Below, one piece after another: positions 30,104 to 39,975 of a stretch of DNA of 64,000 nt. Made by a program: the position numbers and the translations under genes. Each line of letters starts with the position of its first letter. The stretch's first letter is position 1. The stretch comes from an uncultured Verrucomicrobiae bacterium (GTDB lineage Bacteria; Verrucomicrobiota; Verrucomicrobiia; Chthoniobacterales; Chthoniobacteraceae), in the NCBI GenBank assembly GCA_963836755.1, contig CAWIKF010000002.1, positions 736,001 through 800,000 of the forward strand, given 5' to 3'. A model generated the notes under the pieces. It was given only the letters and a program-made list of their open reading frames with translations. It was not told the DNA's origin and ran no database searches.

Positions 30104-30138
30104 GAATTAGACGGCACGCCGTCTAATTCTCGTTAGGC
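30103..30138 (+). other. attI site (crossover G/TTAGGC at 30132)
   Basis: GTCTAAT-tctc-GTTAGGC core upstream of divergent intI and before the first cassette. Confidence 0.75.
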
Positions 30139-30178
30139 GCTGAGCCACGTTACCCTTGAAAGACCCTGAGAGTTTTCA

Positions 30179-30625
30179 ATGTCGATTATCCTTCGTTTCA
30201 TAATCGCAGCGATCAGCATCACTGCGATATTTCCGATCGTCGGCGGAGCTATCTTCCTTTACGGCATGGGGCGAGCATTTGGCCCACGTTTTTATCCGCA
30301 AGACGTGCTTCTACTAAGCGGCATGGGGCTCGCCGCCGTTTACTTCTTTGCGGCACTCCTGACCTGTTTTTCGGCTCCGTATCTTTCATCTCGAAGCGTC
30401 GGCATCATTCTTCACTGTTTCATCATGCCCATGTCGATACTTCTTGTTTGCGTTGGCGACGGCTCTCGTGGGGCTATCTATCTAGTTCCTGGAGGCCTTT
30501 TCGCGGGACTATGGTTTCTTGCATCCCGCGTTACTCCCCCACCAGAAATAGCGGCTTCTCAAGCGGCGAATACTCGTCCGACGCAACCCCGACAGACAGA
30601 ATCTAATCAGCGCTTTGACTACTGA
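30179..30625 (+). CDS. Integron cassette 1: hypothetical membrane protein (~4 TM)
   Basis: Hydrophobic 148-aa ORF between attI and attC1. Confidence 0.75.
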   Translation: MSIILRFIIAAISITAIFPIVGGAIFLYGMGRAFGPRFYPQDVLLLSGMGLAAVYFFAALLTCFSAPYLSSRSVGIILHCFIMPMSILLVCVGDGSRGAIYLVPGGLFAGLWFLASRVTPPPEIAASQAANTRPTQPRQTESNQRFDY

Positions 30626-30637
30626 ACCACACAAAGC

Positions 30638-30755
30638 GCCTAACCATGCGATGCAGCCTAACAGGCTCCGCGCGTCACGGTAGCTGCTCCCCGCAGACCC
30701 GCCGCGCAGCTACCGCGCCGCGCTCCGCCTGTAGCTGATCTTGTTCTCGTTAGGC
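30638..30755 (+). mobile_element. attC1
   Basis: GCCTAAC ... GTTAGGC with gcagc/gctga L boxes and an internal ggtagctgc/gcagctacc stem. Confidence 0.9.
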
Positions 30756-30776
30756 GTCATTCCACTTTCATCCGAC

Positions 30777-31199
30777 ATGAAGCTACCAATACAGATCATC
30801 ACTTCAATTTTGATGCTCGCAAGCATCGCCACTGCCGCAACTCCAGAAGAAGAAACTCGATTTCTGACTGCCGTGCGAGATGCCTACACTAAGAAAGACA
30901 AAGATGCGATTATTGCCCTGACCTGCTGGGACCGCGTAACTGACCAGCACAAGAAGCTTGCTCCGAAGGTCATTGATTACGCCGTCAGCCGTCCAATCAA
31001 GTCGGTTCAGTATCGGGCGCTCGATACTTCCGAAGCCCACACATACACCAAGGACGGGATTACTTACGGCCCCAATCTACCGATTACCAAAGAGATTGAG
31101 ATCGAATACGCGGTGGATTCGGGCAGCCAGAAATCAGAGTTGTTTATCGGAGAGAAGGAAGGCAAGCTTATGATCGTCAATCTAGCTCCACAACCATGA
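30777..31199 (+). CDS. Integron cassette 2: hypothetical secreted protein
   Basis: MKLPIQIITSILMLASIATA signal peptide; stop abuts attC2. Confidence 0.8.
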   Translation: MKLPIQIITSILMLASIATAATPEEETRFLTAVRDAYTKKDKDAIIALTCWDRVTDQHKKLAPKVIDYAVSRPIKSVQYRALDTSEAHTYTKDGITYGPNLPITKEIEIEYAVDSGSQKSELFIGEKEGKLMIVNLAPQP

Positions 31200-31200
31200 C

Positions 31201-31260
31201 GCCTAACCATGCGATGCAGCTAACAGGCTCCGCCTGTAGCTGAGCTTGTTCTCGTTAGGC
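31201..31260 (+). mobile_element. attC2 (60 bp, minimal)
   Basis: gcctaaccatgcgatgcagctaacaggctccgcctgtagctgagcttgttctcgttaggc. Confidence 0.92.
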
Positions 31261-31263
31261 GTC

Positions 31264-31626
31264 ATGCGTTACCGGCTGATCAACGCACTTGTCGTGCTCT
31301 TGCTTCCTTCATGCGCTCAGCCTGTGGTGGACGCGAGAATTTCACGCGAAGACGTCCGAGCGATTTGCGGGGCTGTTCGCACGCGCAGCCATGCGCCTGT
31401 CACACGCATCGAGTCGGATATCTCTTCCCATTATGCTCCGGGCGCGATCCCTCACGACATGCTTGCTGTTACGTCCAGAGGCAGCACGCCCATAAAACGG
31501 TATATTCGGAATGATCTCGTATTGGTGATTCTGGCCGCCCGAGAAGGGACCGGCAGGGAGGTTTATGCAGTGCAAAAGTCACATGGATGTTGGGAAGTAG
31601 TCGGAGCGGGCGGTCTGATGCAGTGA
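31264..31626 (+). CDS. Integron cassette 3: putative lipoprotein
   Basis: MRYRLINALVVLLLPSC lipobox-like N-terminus. Confidence 0.65.
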   Translation: MRYRLINALVVLLLPSCAQPVVDARISREDVRAICGAVRTRSHAPVTRIESDISSHYAPGAIPHDMLAVTSRGSTPIKRYIRNDLVLVILAAREGTGREVYAVQKSHGCWEVVGAGGLMQ

Positions 31627-31632
31627 ACCCAA

Positions 31633-31735
31633 GCCTAACTACGCGCTCCAGCGAACAGAGGCTGGCAGTCAGCTCCTTTTTCCATGGCACGCTTGACTTA
31701 GCCAGCCTCTGTCGCTGAGCTTGGAGCCGTTAGGC
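31633..31735 (+). mobile_element. attC3
   Basis: GCCTAAC ... cagcgaacagaggctggc / gccagcctctgtcgctgag ... GTTAGGC. Confidence 0.92.
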
Positions 31736-31746
31736 GCAAAGCCACC

Positions 31747-32259
31747 ATGATCAGAAGCATTACCGGCTTGATTCATACCATTGCTGCATGTTGCGCTTTA
31801 CTGAGCGGGGTTGTTATTTTCTCCCGACCCAAGGCGACTTTATTCCACAAGACCTTGGGATACATTTATTCTGCTTCAATGGTGATTCTTATCGTGACGG
31901 CTTTTTTCACCTATCATCTCACTAAGTCATTCAATGTCCTTCATATCGCAGCGATTATGGCCTGTCCGCCTCTTGTTGTCGGCGTTTCCGCTGCGATAAC
32001 GCGCCACCCTAAAGAGGGGTGGCTGATGCGGCACTACTATTGGATGTGCTGGTCTTACGTCGGCCTTTGCTCCGCCTTCGTCGCAGAGGCTACGACTCGT
32101 GTGGTCATGCCTTATGTTTATGGTCGCTTCGGTTTGCACTCGATGTCATTATTCTGGATCATGGTCGCAGTGGCGTCCTGTGCAGTAACTATCCCGGGAG
32201 CATATTTTGTTGAGCGGAACCGGAAACTAATCAAAGTGTTTCAACACAAAATCGCCTAA
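31747..32259 (+). CDS. Integron cassette 4: DUF2306-like membrane protein
   Basis: H...KATLFHKTLGYIY, HYYWMCWSYVGL..AFVAE. Confidence 0.75.
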   Translation: MIRSITGLIHTIAACCALLSGVVIFSRPKATLFHKTLGYIYSASMVILIVTAFFTYHLTKSFNVLHIAAIMACPPLVVGVSAAITRHPKEGWLMRHYYWMCWSYVGLCSAFVAEATTRVVMPYVYGRFGLHSMSLFWIMVAVASCAVTIPGAYFVERNRKLIKVFQHKIA

Positions 32260-32290
32260 CCATGCGCTGTAGCGAATCGCTCCGTGCGAC
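32254..32290 (+). mobile_element. Truncated attC4 (left half only)
   Basis: gcctaaccatgcgctgtagcgaatcgc resembles the attC1/2 left arm, but no GTTAGGC follows. Confidence 0.7.
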
Positions 32291-33139
32291 TTAGTGGGCG
32301 GTTTTTGGAACCGCGATCGCGTCGAAATTTGCTGCGAGCTGTTGTAGGGCGGCGAGCATTTGCGGTCCCTGCATCGCGTGGCCATGACCGGTAATGACCA
32401 CCTCCGGTTCGAGGGCGGCGAGACGTTGCACCGAGGCACGCGCGGAATCCCAATCCGGTGTGAAATACATCGGCGGCCCGTGCATTTCCGGCGTCTGCAT
32501 CGCGACGGCGTAGGCGGATTCCTGCCGCGTGGTGATGAACGCGTCGGCCGCGAGCAGCACGCGATCGCCTTCGCGCCAGAATGCTACCTGTCCCGGCGTA
32601 TGCCCCGGGACATGGATCCAGCGCCAGCCCGGCATGTGCGGCACCGTGCCATCGGCGGGCAGAGGCTGCAGCCAGCGGCTCACATCGTAAGGAGCGCGCG
32701 GATAAAGTGGTGAAAGTAACGCCATCAAGCCGCCGCCGACGCTCGGGTCCGCCGGTGGATAGGAGGTGGTGCCGTTCAGGTAGGGGAGCTCGAGCCGGTG
32801 CGCGAAAATCGGCACATCCCATTCCTCTGCCAAGGCCTCGAGTGCTCCGGCGTGGTCGAAATGTCCGTGTGTCATGAGAATGGCGGCAGGGCGTGCGCCT
32901 TTGCCGAAGCGTTCTGCCGCCGCGCTGCGAATCATGCCAGCGGTGCCTGCGAACCCGGCATCGATCAGGACCCAGTTCTCCGGACCGGCGTTGGCTTTGC
33001 CGTAAAAGGCGACGTTGACGATGCCGAGTCTTTTGTAAGCGACGTCGGAAACGATTTCGCGCGTGTGATCGTCGCGCCTCTCATCGGCCGCTGGATTGTC
33101 CGCGAAAGAAGAAGAGTCGAGTGGAATTTGATCGTTCAT
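32291..33139 (-). CDS. Metallo-beta-lactamase-fold hydrolase
   Basis: LIDAG, THGHFDH, PGHTPG, AADAF, TGHG. Confidence 0.9.
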   Translation of the reverse strand: MNDQIPLDSSSFADNPAADERRDDHTREIVSDVAYKRLGIVNVAFYGKANAGPENWVLIDAGFAGTAGMIRSAAAERFGKGARPAAILMTHGHFDHAGALEALAEEWDVPIFAHRLELPYLNGTTSYPPADPSVGGGLMALLSPLYPRAPYDVSRWLQPLPADGTVPHMPGWRWIHVPGHTPGQVAFWREGDRVLLAADAFITTRQESAYAVAMQTPEMHGPPMYFTPDWDSARASVQRLAALEPEVVITGHGHAMQGPQMLAALQQLAANFDAIAVPKTAH

Positions 33140-33343
33140 ACCGAGGAAAAACGCGATCCACGCCGGCTTCGGATGGAGAGAAAGTTCGAGCCCTCTCAAC
33201 CGGCTGACGAAAGAGACTAACATGGAAGTGCGCCGTGCCGAGCGGCCCGCAGCCTCGCCGTGGAGCCGCTTCAGCGGCCGTCACGGCTTGGATTGCGCTT
33301 GATGGCGGATGGCTGGTGGCTGATGGTGGAAGTTCCGCTCCGT

Positions 33344-36331
33344 ATGCACTCTACGCCGACCTCGAGCTGCTTGTTTAGCCGCCGCCTTTTCCTCGCGGCG
33401 TTTCTTTTCCTGCAGCTCGCTCGGGTCTATTCTCAAGGCAGCGGGGGCGAAATCTTCCCTCCGAAGGCAGCGGCACAGGAGGCGATTCACTGGGACAACG
33501 GCTACTTTGTCATCAACGGCAAGCCCACCTTTGTCAGCTCCGGCTCCATTCATTATTCGCGAGTCGCTCGGGAGTTGTGGCGCGACCGCATCTGGCGCCT
33601 CCAGATGATGGGTTTTAACGCCGTTCAGTCCTACGTGTTCTGGAACGCGTCCGAGCCGAAGGAAGGGCAGTGGGATTTCAGCGACAACACCGATCTCGAC
33701 GCCTGGCTTTCGCTCATCAAGGAGATGAACATGCTCGCCCTGGTGCGCGTGGGGCCGTATGCCTGCGCGGAGTGGGAGATGGGCGGCTACCCTGCGTGGG
33801 TGATGGTGAAGCCCGGGATGATTGGGCGTGAAATGGGGCCGTCATTGGCGTTTTCCAACCCGCATCTCGACGCGGTGGAGAAGATCGTGGCCAAGCATCA
33901 GCTGAATCACGACGGCAGCGTGTTCATGGTTCAGCTTGAAAACGAGCATGTGAATGGCTGGGGGACGCAGGTTATTGATCCCTACCTTAAATATCTGGAC
34001 GATCAGGCCGACCGAAACGGGATCGAGGTGCCCACCTTCAACTCCGGCCTCCACCACGGCACCGACCCCTCTGGCGAATCCCCATTTCGGGTCGATCCAT
34101 CGCCCTGGTATAGCACGGAATTCTGGACCGACTACGCGGGCCACTATGGAGACATGGGGAAGAACCGGTTCGAGGAAAAGATTCGCGGCACCTGGAAGGT
34201 CATCGCGTTCGGCGGCGCCGGCTACAACTACTACATGGCACATGGGGGCACGAATTTCGGCTACTCCGGCGACGGGAGTTACCCCGGCGTCTCCTATGAT
34301 TATTCCGCGCCGATCGGCGAAGCGGGGCAGTTGCACAACTTCTATTTTCCCGCCCGCCGCGCAGCCTATTTCGCGCAAAGCTTCACGCCCCTGTTGGCCG
34401 GCAGCCATAATGATCCGACGCTTGCTACCTGCGACCAATCGGCGCTGCGAGTGACCGCTCGCACCAATCCGACGCAAGGCAGCTTCATCCTGCTCGATCA
34501 TTTCGCGCACGGGCTCGCATTGGGGGCTGCCAAAACGCCTTCTTCCGATCCCGAGATCGCGCTGGAGACGCGTGTGACGGTGGATGGGTTGACTTTGCCG
34601 CACAAGGGGAGCTTGAAAGTGGCCGTGGTCGAACCGCGGACGATTCTACTACACGTGCCGTGGACTTTAAACGCCTCGTTCGAGTCGATCTGCACCAACG
34701 TTCTAGCGCGCCGGACGATCGGCCAGACCGACTATTGGATCTGCTACGGCCCAGCCGGTGATCCGGGTGAGGTGACGCTCAAGCTGAAAACGCCGGCGGC
34801 ACGTCCAAGCCAGTTTGACTTTACCTACCCCCGTGGCGATGCCGTCTCCGAGATCAAGCTCGATTCGGGCGACGGACACGACGCTGTCCTGCTTGTCATG
34901 AACACCGAGACGACGAACCGCACGTGGCTGGCGCACGACAAGATTTACGTCGGGCCCTCGTTTGTTTTGGAGAATGGTAGTCTCGAATTTCCGCCGGAGG
35001 GCGGCAAAGCGACCATCTACGCCGCGTCGGGAAAATCGGAAATGACCCAGCCTCCGGTCACAATTCCCGATCTTCCCGCGCTCGCAAATTGGTCGTGGCG
35101 CGATGCCGCGCCGGAACGCGGTGCCGAGGTCGATACAGCGAAGTGGCTTTCTTCTGCCGGCCCGCAGCCGATGGAGACCTATGACAGTTTCCAGAACCGC
35201 TACGGTTGGTATCGGACTACGCTGCGTGCGGATAAGGCTGGTCCGGTATCCCTTCACTTCGGCGGCCAATCGGGAACCTTTATCCCATACCTCAACGGCG
35301 AACCGGGCACCACGACCACGCTGCACTACGGCCAATCCGGCTTTCTCACGTTTCCAAACGCAAAGCCGGCAGACAACAGTCTCGCCATTCTCGTGAAGGC
35401 GTCCCCCCGCTCCAAAAATGTCTTCCGTGATCTTGTCGGTATGCGCACGGCGCGCGGCGTTTGGGGCGGCGTCTCGGCTGACGCCGCGTCTACTCCGGTC
35501 GATGTCCGCTGGAAAAAATGGGAAAAGGTCGCCAAGGGCGCCGACGCCGCGTTGCTCGCCAAGCCCGACTACGACGATTCGGCTTGGACGACAGTGGATC
35601 CATCCGCTCTCGCGATCACCACGCAACCCGGCGACTCCTGGTATCGCGGCACCTTCAACGTCACGCCGGACCGCGTCGACTCAATGCTGCAGTCACCCCA
35701 TTTCAATCCGCCTCCGGCCCCGAAGGGAAAACGAGGCCCGGCTCCACCCGACGTCGTCGCCTATCTCAACGGTCAGTTGCTGTCGGACCACACCGCGGAC
35801 GTTTCAAAGCTCCTTAGCGCAAGCAAGAACACCGTGCTCGTCAACATCCACAGCCTTCTGGGTGGCGACTCCGGCCGGCTCGGCTTGAGCCTTTGGCATA
35901 ACTCTCCGCTGGCGCACGCCACCTGGCACTTTCACGGCGGCCTTGCTGATCTCGATGAAACCGCCGTCATCGGGCGCGTGACTAACTGGAGCGATTTTCT
36001 GTCGCACCGGCCGTGGCAAGCCGCAGCGTCCGCGCTGCCTAACCAGCCTGCGTTTTGGAAATGCACCTTCACCTTTCATAAGGCACCCAGCGCATTCCAA
36101 ACCGTGGGTCTTGTCACCACCGGGCTAAAGGCCGGCAACGCCTGGCTTAACGGCCACAACCTCGGCGAATCGCCGCAAACGGTTCCCATGTATATGCCCG
36201 AATGTTGGCTGAAGGAAGGCGATAACGACCTTGTTGTCCTGGATATCTATGGCCATAAACCTAACCAGTTGAAGCTCACCCGCTACGAAGCCTTCGCTGT
36301 CAGCCCTCCGTCGCCCGCTCCTCGACCGTGA
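33344..36331 (+). CDS. GH35 beta-galactosidase
   Basis: SGSIHYSR, YVFWN, RVGPYACAEWEMGG, QLENE, YYMAHGGTNFG, SYDYSAP. Confidence 0.92.
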   Translation: MHSTPTSSCLFSRRLFLAAFLFLQLARVYSQGSGGEIFPPKAAAQEAIHWDNGYFVINGKPTFVSSGSIHYSRVARELWRDRIWRLQMMGFNAVQSYVFWNASEPKEGQWDFSDNTDLDAWLSLIKEMNMLALVRVGPYACAEWEMGGYPAWVMVKPGMIGREMGPSLAFSNPHLDAVEKIVAKHQLNHDGSVFMVQLENEHVNGWGTQVIDPYLKYLDDQADRNGIEVPTFNSGLHHGTDPSGESPFRVDPSPWYSTEFWTDYAGHYGDMGKNRFEEKIRGTWKVIAFGGAGYNYYMAHGGTNFGYSGDGSYPGVSYDYSAPIGEAGQLHNFYFPARRAAYFAQSFTPLLAGSHNDPTLATCDQSALRVTARTNPTQGSFILLDHFAHGLALGAAKTPSSDPEIALETRVTVDGLTLPHKGSLKVAVVEPRTILLHVPWTLNASFESICTNVLARRTIGQTDYWICYGPAGDPGEVTLKLKTPAARPSQFDFTYPRGDAVSEIKLDSGDGHDAVLLVMNTETTNRTWLAHDKIYVGPSFVLENGSLEFPPEGGKATIYAASGKSEMTQPPVTIPDLPALANWSWRDAAPERGAEVDTAKWLSSAGPQPMETYDSFQNRYGWYRTTLRADKAGPVSLHFGGQSGTFIPYLNGEPGTTTTLHYGQSGFLTFPNAKPADNSLAILVKASPRSKNVFRDLVGMRTARGVWGGVSADAASTPVDVRWKKWEKVAKGADAALLAKPDYDDSAWTTVDPSALAITTQPGDSWYRGTFNVTPDRVDSMLQSPHFNPPPAPKGKRGPAPPDVVAYLNGQLLSDHTADVSKLLSASKNTVLVNIHSLLGGDSGRLGLSLWHNSPLAHATWHFHGGLADLDETAVIGRVTNWSDFLSHRPWQAAASALPNQPAFWKCTFTFHKAPSAFQTVGLVTTGLKAGNAWLNGHNLGESPQTVPMYMPECWLKEGDNDLVVLDIYGHKPNQLKLTRYEAFAVSPPSPAPRP

Positions 36332-36606
36332 TAGGTTCGGCCCGCGAACTTACGGTCCTGCGAGTGGCGGCCATGAGGGCGAATTTGACGACAAGTTCAT
36401 GAACAACGATTCATCCGGAAAACGCCGGTGGAGAAAGCTCTTTTAGCATGTCGCCGGACGGCCAGTGGAGCGTTACGCTCGACCCGCTCACGGCTTCCTA
36501 GCAGTCTTAACTTGAAAATCTACTCGAGACGACACCATAGTCGGACCCACTCATCATTATTTCAAGTTTGGCCGCGTCTTTCCTCCGAGAGATTCCTTTA
36601 TAGATC

Positions 36607-38262
36607 ATGAGACTACCTTGCATGTCCCCCATACAAAAGCTCGGCTTCTTCCTTTCCTCCCTCGTCTTCTTATGGCATCCGGTCGAGGTCAATGCGCAAA
36701 TGGTTTACCCACCGGAAACCAAGGCCATTCCCATCCCCAAGATGGACGACTTGCCTCTGACCGAAGGTCCATTCAAGGGAACGCCGGACTCGCTCAAGCA
36801 GTTCCAGTGTCCCGACTGGTTTCGCGATGGGAAATTTGGCATTTGGGCTCACTGGGGTCCTCAAGCCGTGGCCGGAGACGGCGATTGGTATGCCCGGCAG
36901 CTGTATATGGATGTCCAGAGATATGGCCACAACGCTTATCAGAGTCATCTGAAACTATATGGTCATCCTTCCCAAGTGGGTTACAAGGACATCCTGCCGC
37001 TTTGGAAGGCGGAGAAGTGGGATCCGGACCACCTGATGCAACTCTACAAGGCGGCCGGGGCTCACTACTTTGTCGCACAGGCGGTGCACCACGACAACTT
37101 TGACAACTGGGATTCCAAATATCACAAATGGAACTCTGTCAATATTGGCCCGCATAAGGATATCATTGGCCTCTGGCAGGCGGCGGCGAAGAAACAGGAT
37201 TTACCTTTCGGCGTTTCGGAACATCTCGGCCACAGCTTTACTTTCATGCAAGCCTCCCACGGCGCGGACAAAGTTGGCCCCTTCGCCGGTGTGCCCTACG
37301 ATGGCGCCGCTCCTGCCAACTGGGACCTCTATCAGGTGCCGGCCAAGCCCGGCGACACCGGTTGGTATAGCAACGATCCCCGATGGGCGCAGGAGTGGTA
37401 TGCGCGCATCTACGACTTGGTCACGCGCTACCAGCCCGACCTGCTTTATAGTGACGGCGGATTGCCCTACGGGGAAGCGGGGCAGGACATCGTGGCCCAG
37501 CTCTATAACCTGAGTATCCAGAGGCATGGAGGAAAACAGGAGGCAGTCTATTGCTGCAAAAAAAACTACAATAGGACGAACTTTATTGATGGGTCATGCG
37601 TGCAGGATCTTGAGCGCGGAATCATGACGGATATCCAGCCTTCGCCGTGGCAGACCGACACTTCTACTGGGGAGTGGTTCTGGGTTCCCAACGACCGCTA
37701 TCGGTCCAGCGACGACATCATTCATAGCTTGACAGACATCGTAAGTAAAAACGGCAACCTTCTTCTCAACGTCACCCTGCTGCCGGATGGAAGCCTTCCT
37801 CCGCCCATGGAGACGCTCCTCAGTGATTTGACCGACTGGATGAAGATCAACGGTGAGGCTATTTTCAGCACGCGCCCTTGGACGGTATACGGTGAAGGTC
37901 CGGCTGGATCCAAAGGAGGAGCGTTTCATGAGAGTTTCAAATTCAGCGGCAAAGATATTCGTTTCACCAGCAAGGATGGAGACCTTTACGCTACCACGCT
38001 CGGCTTGCCAACCGGGCCGGTGGTGATTCGTGCCTTGGCCCTAGGCTCTCTGCTCGTGAAGGGAAAACCAAGCTCCGTGACGCTCTTGGGAAACGCGCAA
38101 AAGCTGCAGTGGTCGCGCACTTTTGATGGACTCGTCATTCAACTGCCGTCCTCCCTGCCGTGTAAATCGGCTTTAAGTTTCAAGATCAGCGGCCTGACCA
38201 CGGTTTCTAATCCCGACCCCGTCGCATTGGCGGCGTTGAAGAGTCGCTTAAGCCAACCTTAG
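36607..38262 (+). CDS. GH29 alpha-L-fucosidase
   Basis: WFRDGKFGIWAHWG, HHDNF, YQPDLLYSD, DIVSKNGNLLLN. Confidence 0.93.
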   Translation: MRLPCMSPIQKLGFFLSSLVFLWHPVEVNAQMVYPPETKAIPIPKMDDLPLTEGPFKGTPDSLKQFQCPDWFRDGKFGIWAHWGPQAVAGDGDWYARQLYMDVQRYGHNAYQSHLKLYGHPSQVGYKDILPLWKAEKWDPDHLMQLYKAAGAHYFVAQAVHHDNFDNWDSKYHKWNSVNIGPHKDIIGLWQAAAKKQDLPFGVSEHLGHSFTFMQASHGADKVGPFAGVPYDGAAPANWDLYQVPAKPGDTGWYSNDPRWAQEWYARIYDLVTRYQPDLLYSDGGLPYGEAGQDIVAQLYNLSIQRHGGKQEAVYCCKKNYNRTNFIDGSCVQDLERGIMTDIQPSPWQTDTSTGEWFWVPNDRYRSSDDIIHSLTDIVSKNGNLLLNVTLLPDGSLPPPMETLLSDLTDWMKINGEAIFSTRPWTVYGEGPAGSKGGAFHESFKFSGKDIRFTSKDGDLYATTLGLPTGPVVIRALALGSLLVKGKPSSVTLLGNAQKLQWSRTFDGLVIQLPSSLPCKSALSFKISGLTTVSNPDPVALAALKSRLSQP

Positions 38263-38541
38263 CAGAAAATCGGCGGGCGATAAGGGCTGCGGCTTTCGAG
38301 CACAAGGCTCTCCGGTGGCGCGCAACAACCCGTGGCAACATGGCGAAGGGCCTATTCGATCCCGCGGGTTGGCCGCGACTTTGCCCGGACTACGTCCGCT
38401 GTTACCGTTCTCGTTCCCCTTTGTGTTCTCGATGGATTGAGAATGACAATAACGCAGAGGCATGCGTTACTTCGACGGGGGTCGAACCTCTTCAAATTCT
38501 GTGTGTCACCAGACAACGGAACTAACCGACCCGCTTTCCCC

Positions 38542-39870
38542 ATGATTAAAAGTAGAGAATCAAAGCAGACAGAAACGGCCGCTGGACCGTTCATCTCAAA
38601 AATGCACCACGTTCGTTGGTGGATCGCGGGATTGATTTTTCTCGCGACGGTGATCAACCTTATTGATCGCCTTTCAGTTTCGGTGTTGGCACCGGTAATC
38701 CGCCAGCAACTTCATCTCACCAACCTTCTCTATGCTGAAGTTGGCACGTGCTTCCTGCTTGCTTATACGATCAGCCAGGGGCTCTCCGGGCTGATGCATG
38801 ATCGCATTGGAGCCAAGCGAGGCTTTGCCGTATCGATCACCGTGTGGTCGACCGCCGCTCTTTTGCACGCGTTTGCTGCTGGTTTCACCAGTTTATGTTT
38901 CTTTCGGATTTTGCTTGGTCTAGGCGAGGGTGGAAATTGGCCTGGTGCGATCAAAGTTATTACCGATTGGTTCCCGCGCCGCGAACGAGCCTTTGCGCTG
39001 GGCATTGTCAATGGCGGCTCCTCAGTCGGTGCCATTGTTGCTCCACCGGTTATCGTTTGGCTTCAATTGCAATTCGGATGGCAGTCTGCATTTTTGGCGA
39101 CAGGATTCCTAGGCTACATTTGGCTGGTGGTCTGGTTAATTTTCTACCGACCGTGTGAGGAACATCCCCGCGTCACCACCGAGGAGCTAAATCACATCCG
39201 TGAAAACCAAGGGCATACCCGAGGAGAACGTGCAGAAGGGGATAAATCATGTCCGCATCGCTGGACTACGCTTTTGACGATGCGTCCAGTCTGGGCTGTT
39301 GTCCTCGCACGCTTCTTCGTGGACCCGATCTGGTGGCTTTATATTCTCTGGCTGCCGGAGTATTTGAATAAGTCCCGCGGTATCAGCCTACAGCAAATAG
39401 GCGTGCTCGCACCCCTTCCGTTCATTGCTGCTGGTTTGGGTGGGCTTGTGGGCGGAGGCGCTTCCGGTTACTTGATCGGGCGAGGGTGGAGTGTAAACCG
39501 GGCCCGCAAGAGCGTAATCCTTTTTGCAGCATGCCTGATGCCCTTCGGGATCTTTGCAGCAAACGCGCAAACGACCGTTTCGGCCTTGATCTGGATAAGC
39601 GTCGTCACGTTTGGTTTTCAGGTTTGGATCAATAATGTGCAGATTCTGCCATCGGATATTTTTGCTTCTTCTCAAGTGGCTAGCGTCGCTGGCCTCGGTG
39701 GCGTTGGTGCTGGAATCGGCAGCATGGCCTTCACCATGACGACGGGGTGGGTCGTGGACCATTTTTCGTATACTCCGATCCTCATCACCGCTGGGATTCT
39801 CGGCCCGCTCGGCACGATCGTTCTCATAGCCTTGTTGGGCCGGATCGAACCCGTTCAGAACGAGCATTAG
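38542..39870 (+). CDS. MFS sugar-acid transporter (ExuT/ACS family)
   Basis: RWWIAGLIFLATVINLIDR, GLGEGGNWP, WFPRRERA, DPIWW..WLPEYL. Confidence 0.9.
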   Translation: MIKSRESKQTETAAGPFISKMHHVRWWIAGLIFLATVINLIDRLSVSVLAPVIRQQLHLTNLLYAEVGTCFLLAYTISQGLSGLMHDRIGAKRGFAVSITVWSTAALLHAFAAGFTSLCFFRILLGLGEGGNWPGAIKVITDWFPRRERAFALGIVNGGSSVGAIVAPPVIVWLQLQFGWQSAFLATGFLGYIWLVVWLIFYRPCEEHPRVTTEELNHIRENQGHTRGERAEGDKSCPHRWTTLLTMRPVWAVVLARFFVDPIWWLYILWLPEYLNKSRGISLQQIGVLAPLPFIAAGLGGLVGGGASGYLIGRGWSVNRARKSVILFAACLMPFGIFAANAQTTVSALIWISVVTFGFQVWINNVQILPSDIFASSQVASVAGLGGVGAGIGSMAFTMTTGWVVDHFSYTPILITAGILGPLGTIVLIALLGRIEPVQNEH

Positions 39871-39975
39871 ATCAATGGTCGGCCAGGGTGCCCTCGGGCA
39901 GCGTAGCAATCACCTCCGGCATAAGCGCAAGATGCGGTTTGCCTGAGAGGGATCGAAGTGCAACGATACCGAACG

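Noticed and set aside
32291..33139. MBL-fold gene as a beta-lactamase integron cassette
   Set aside because: Opposite strand to the cassettes, no attC, no signal peptide; a generic MBL-fold hydrolase.
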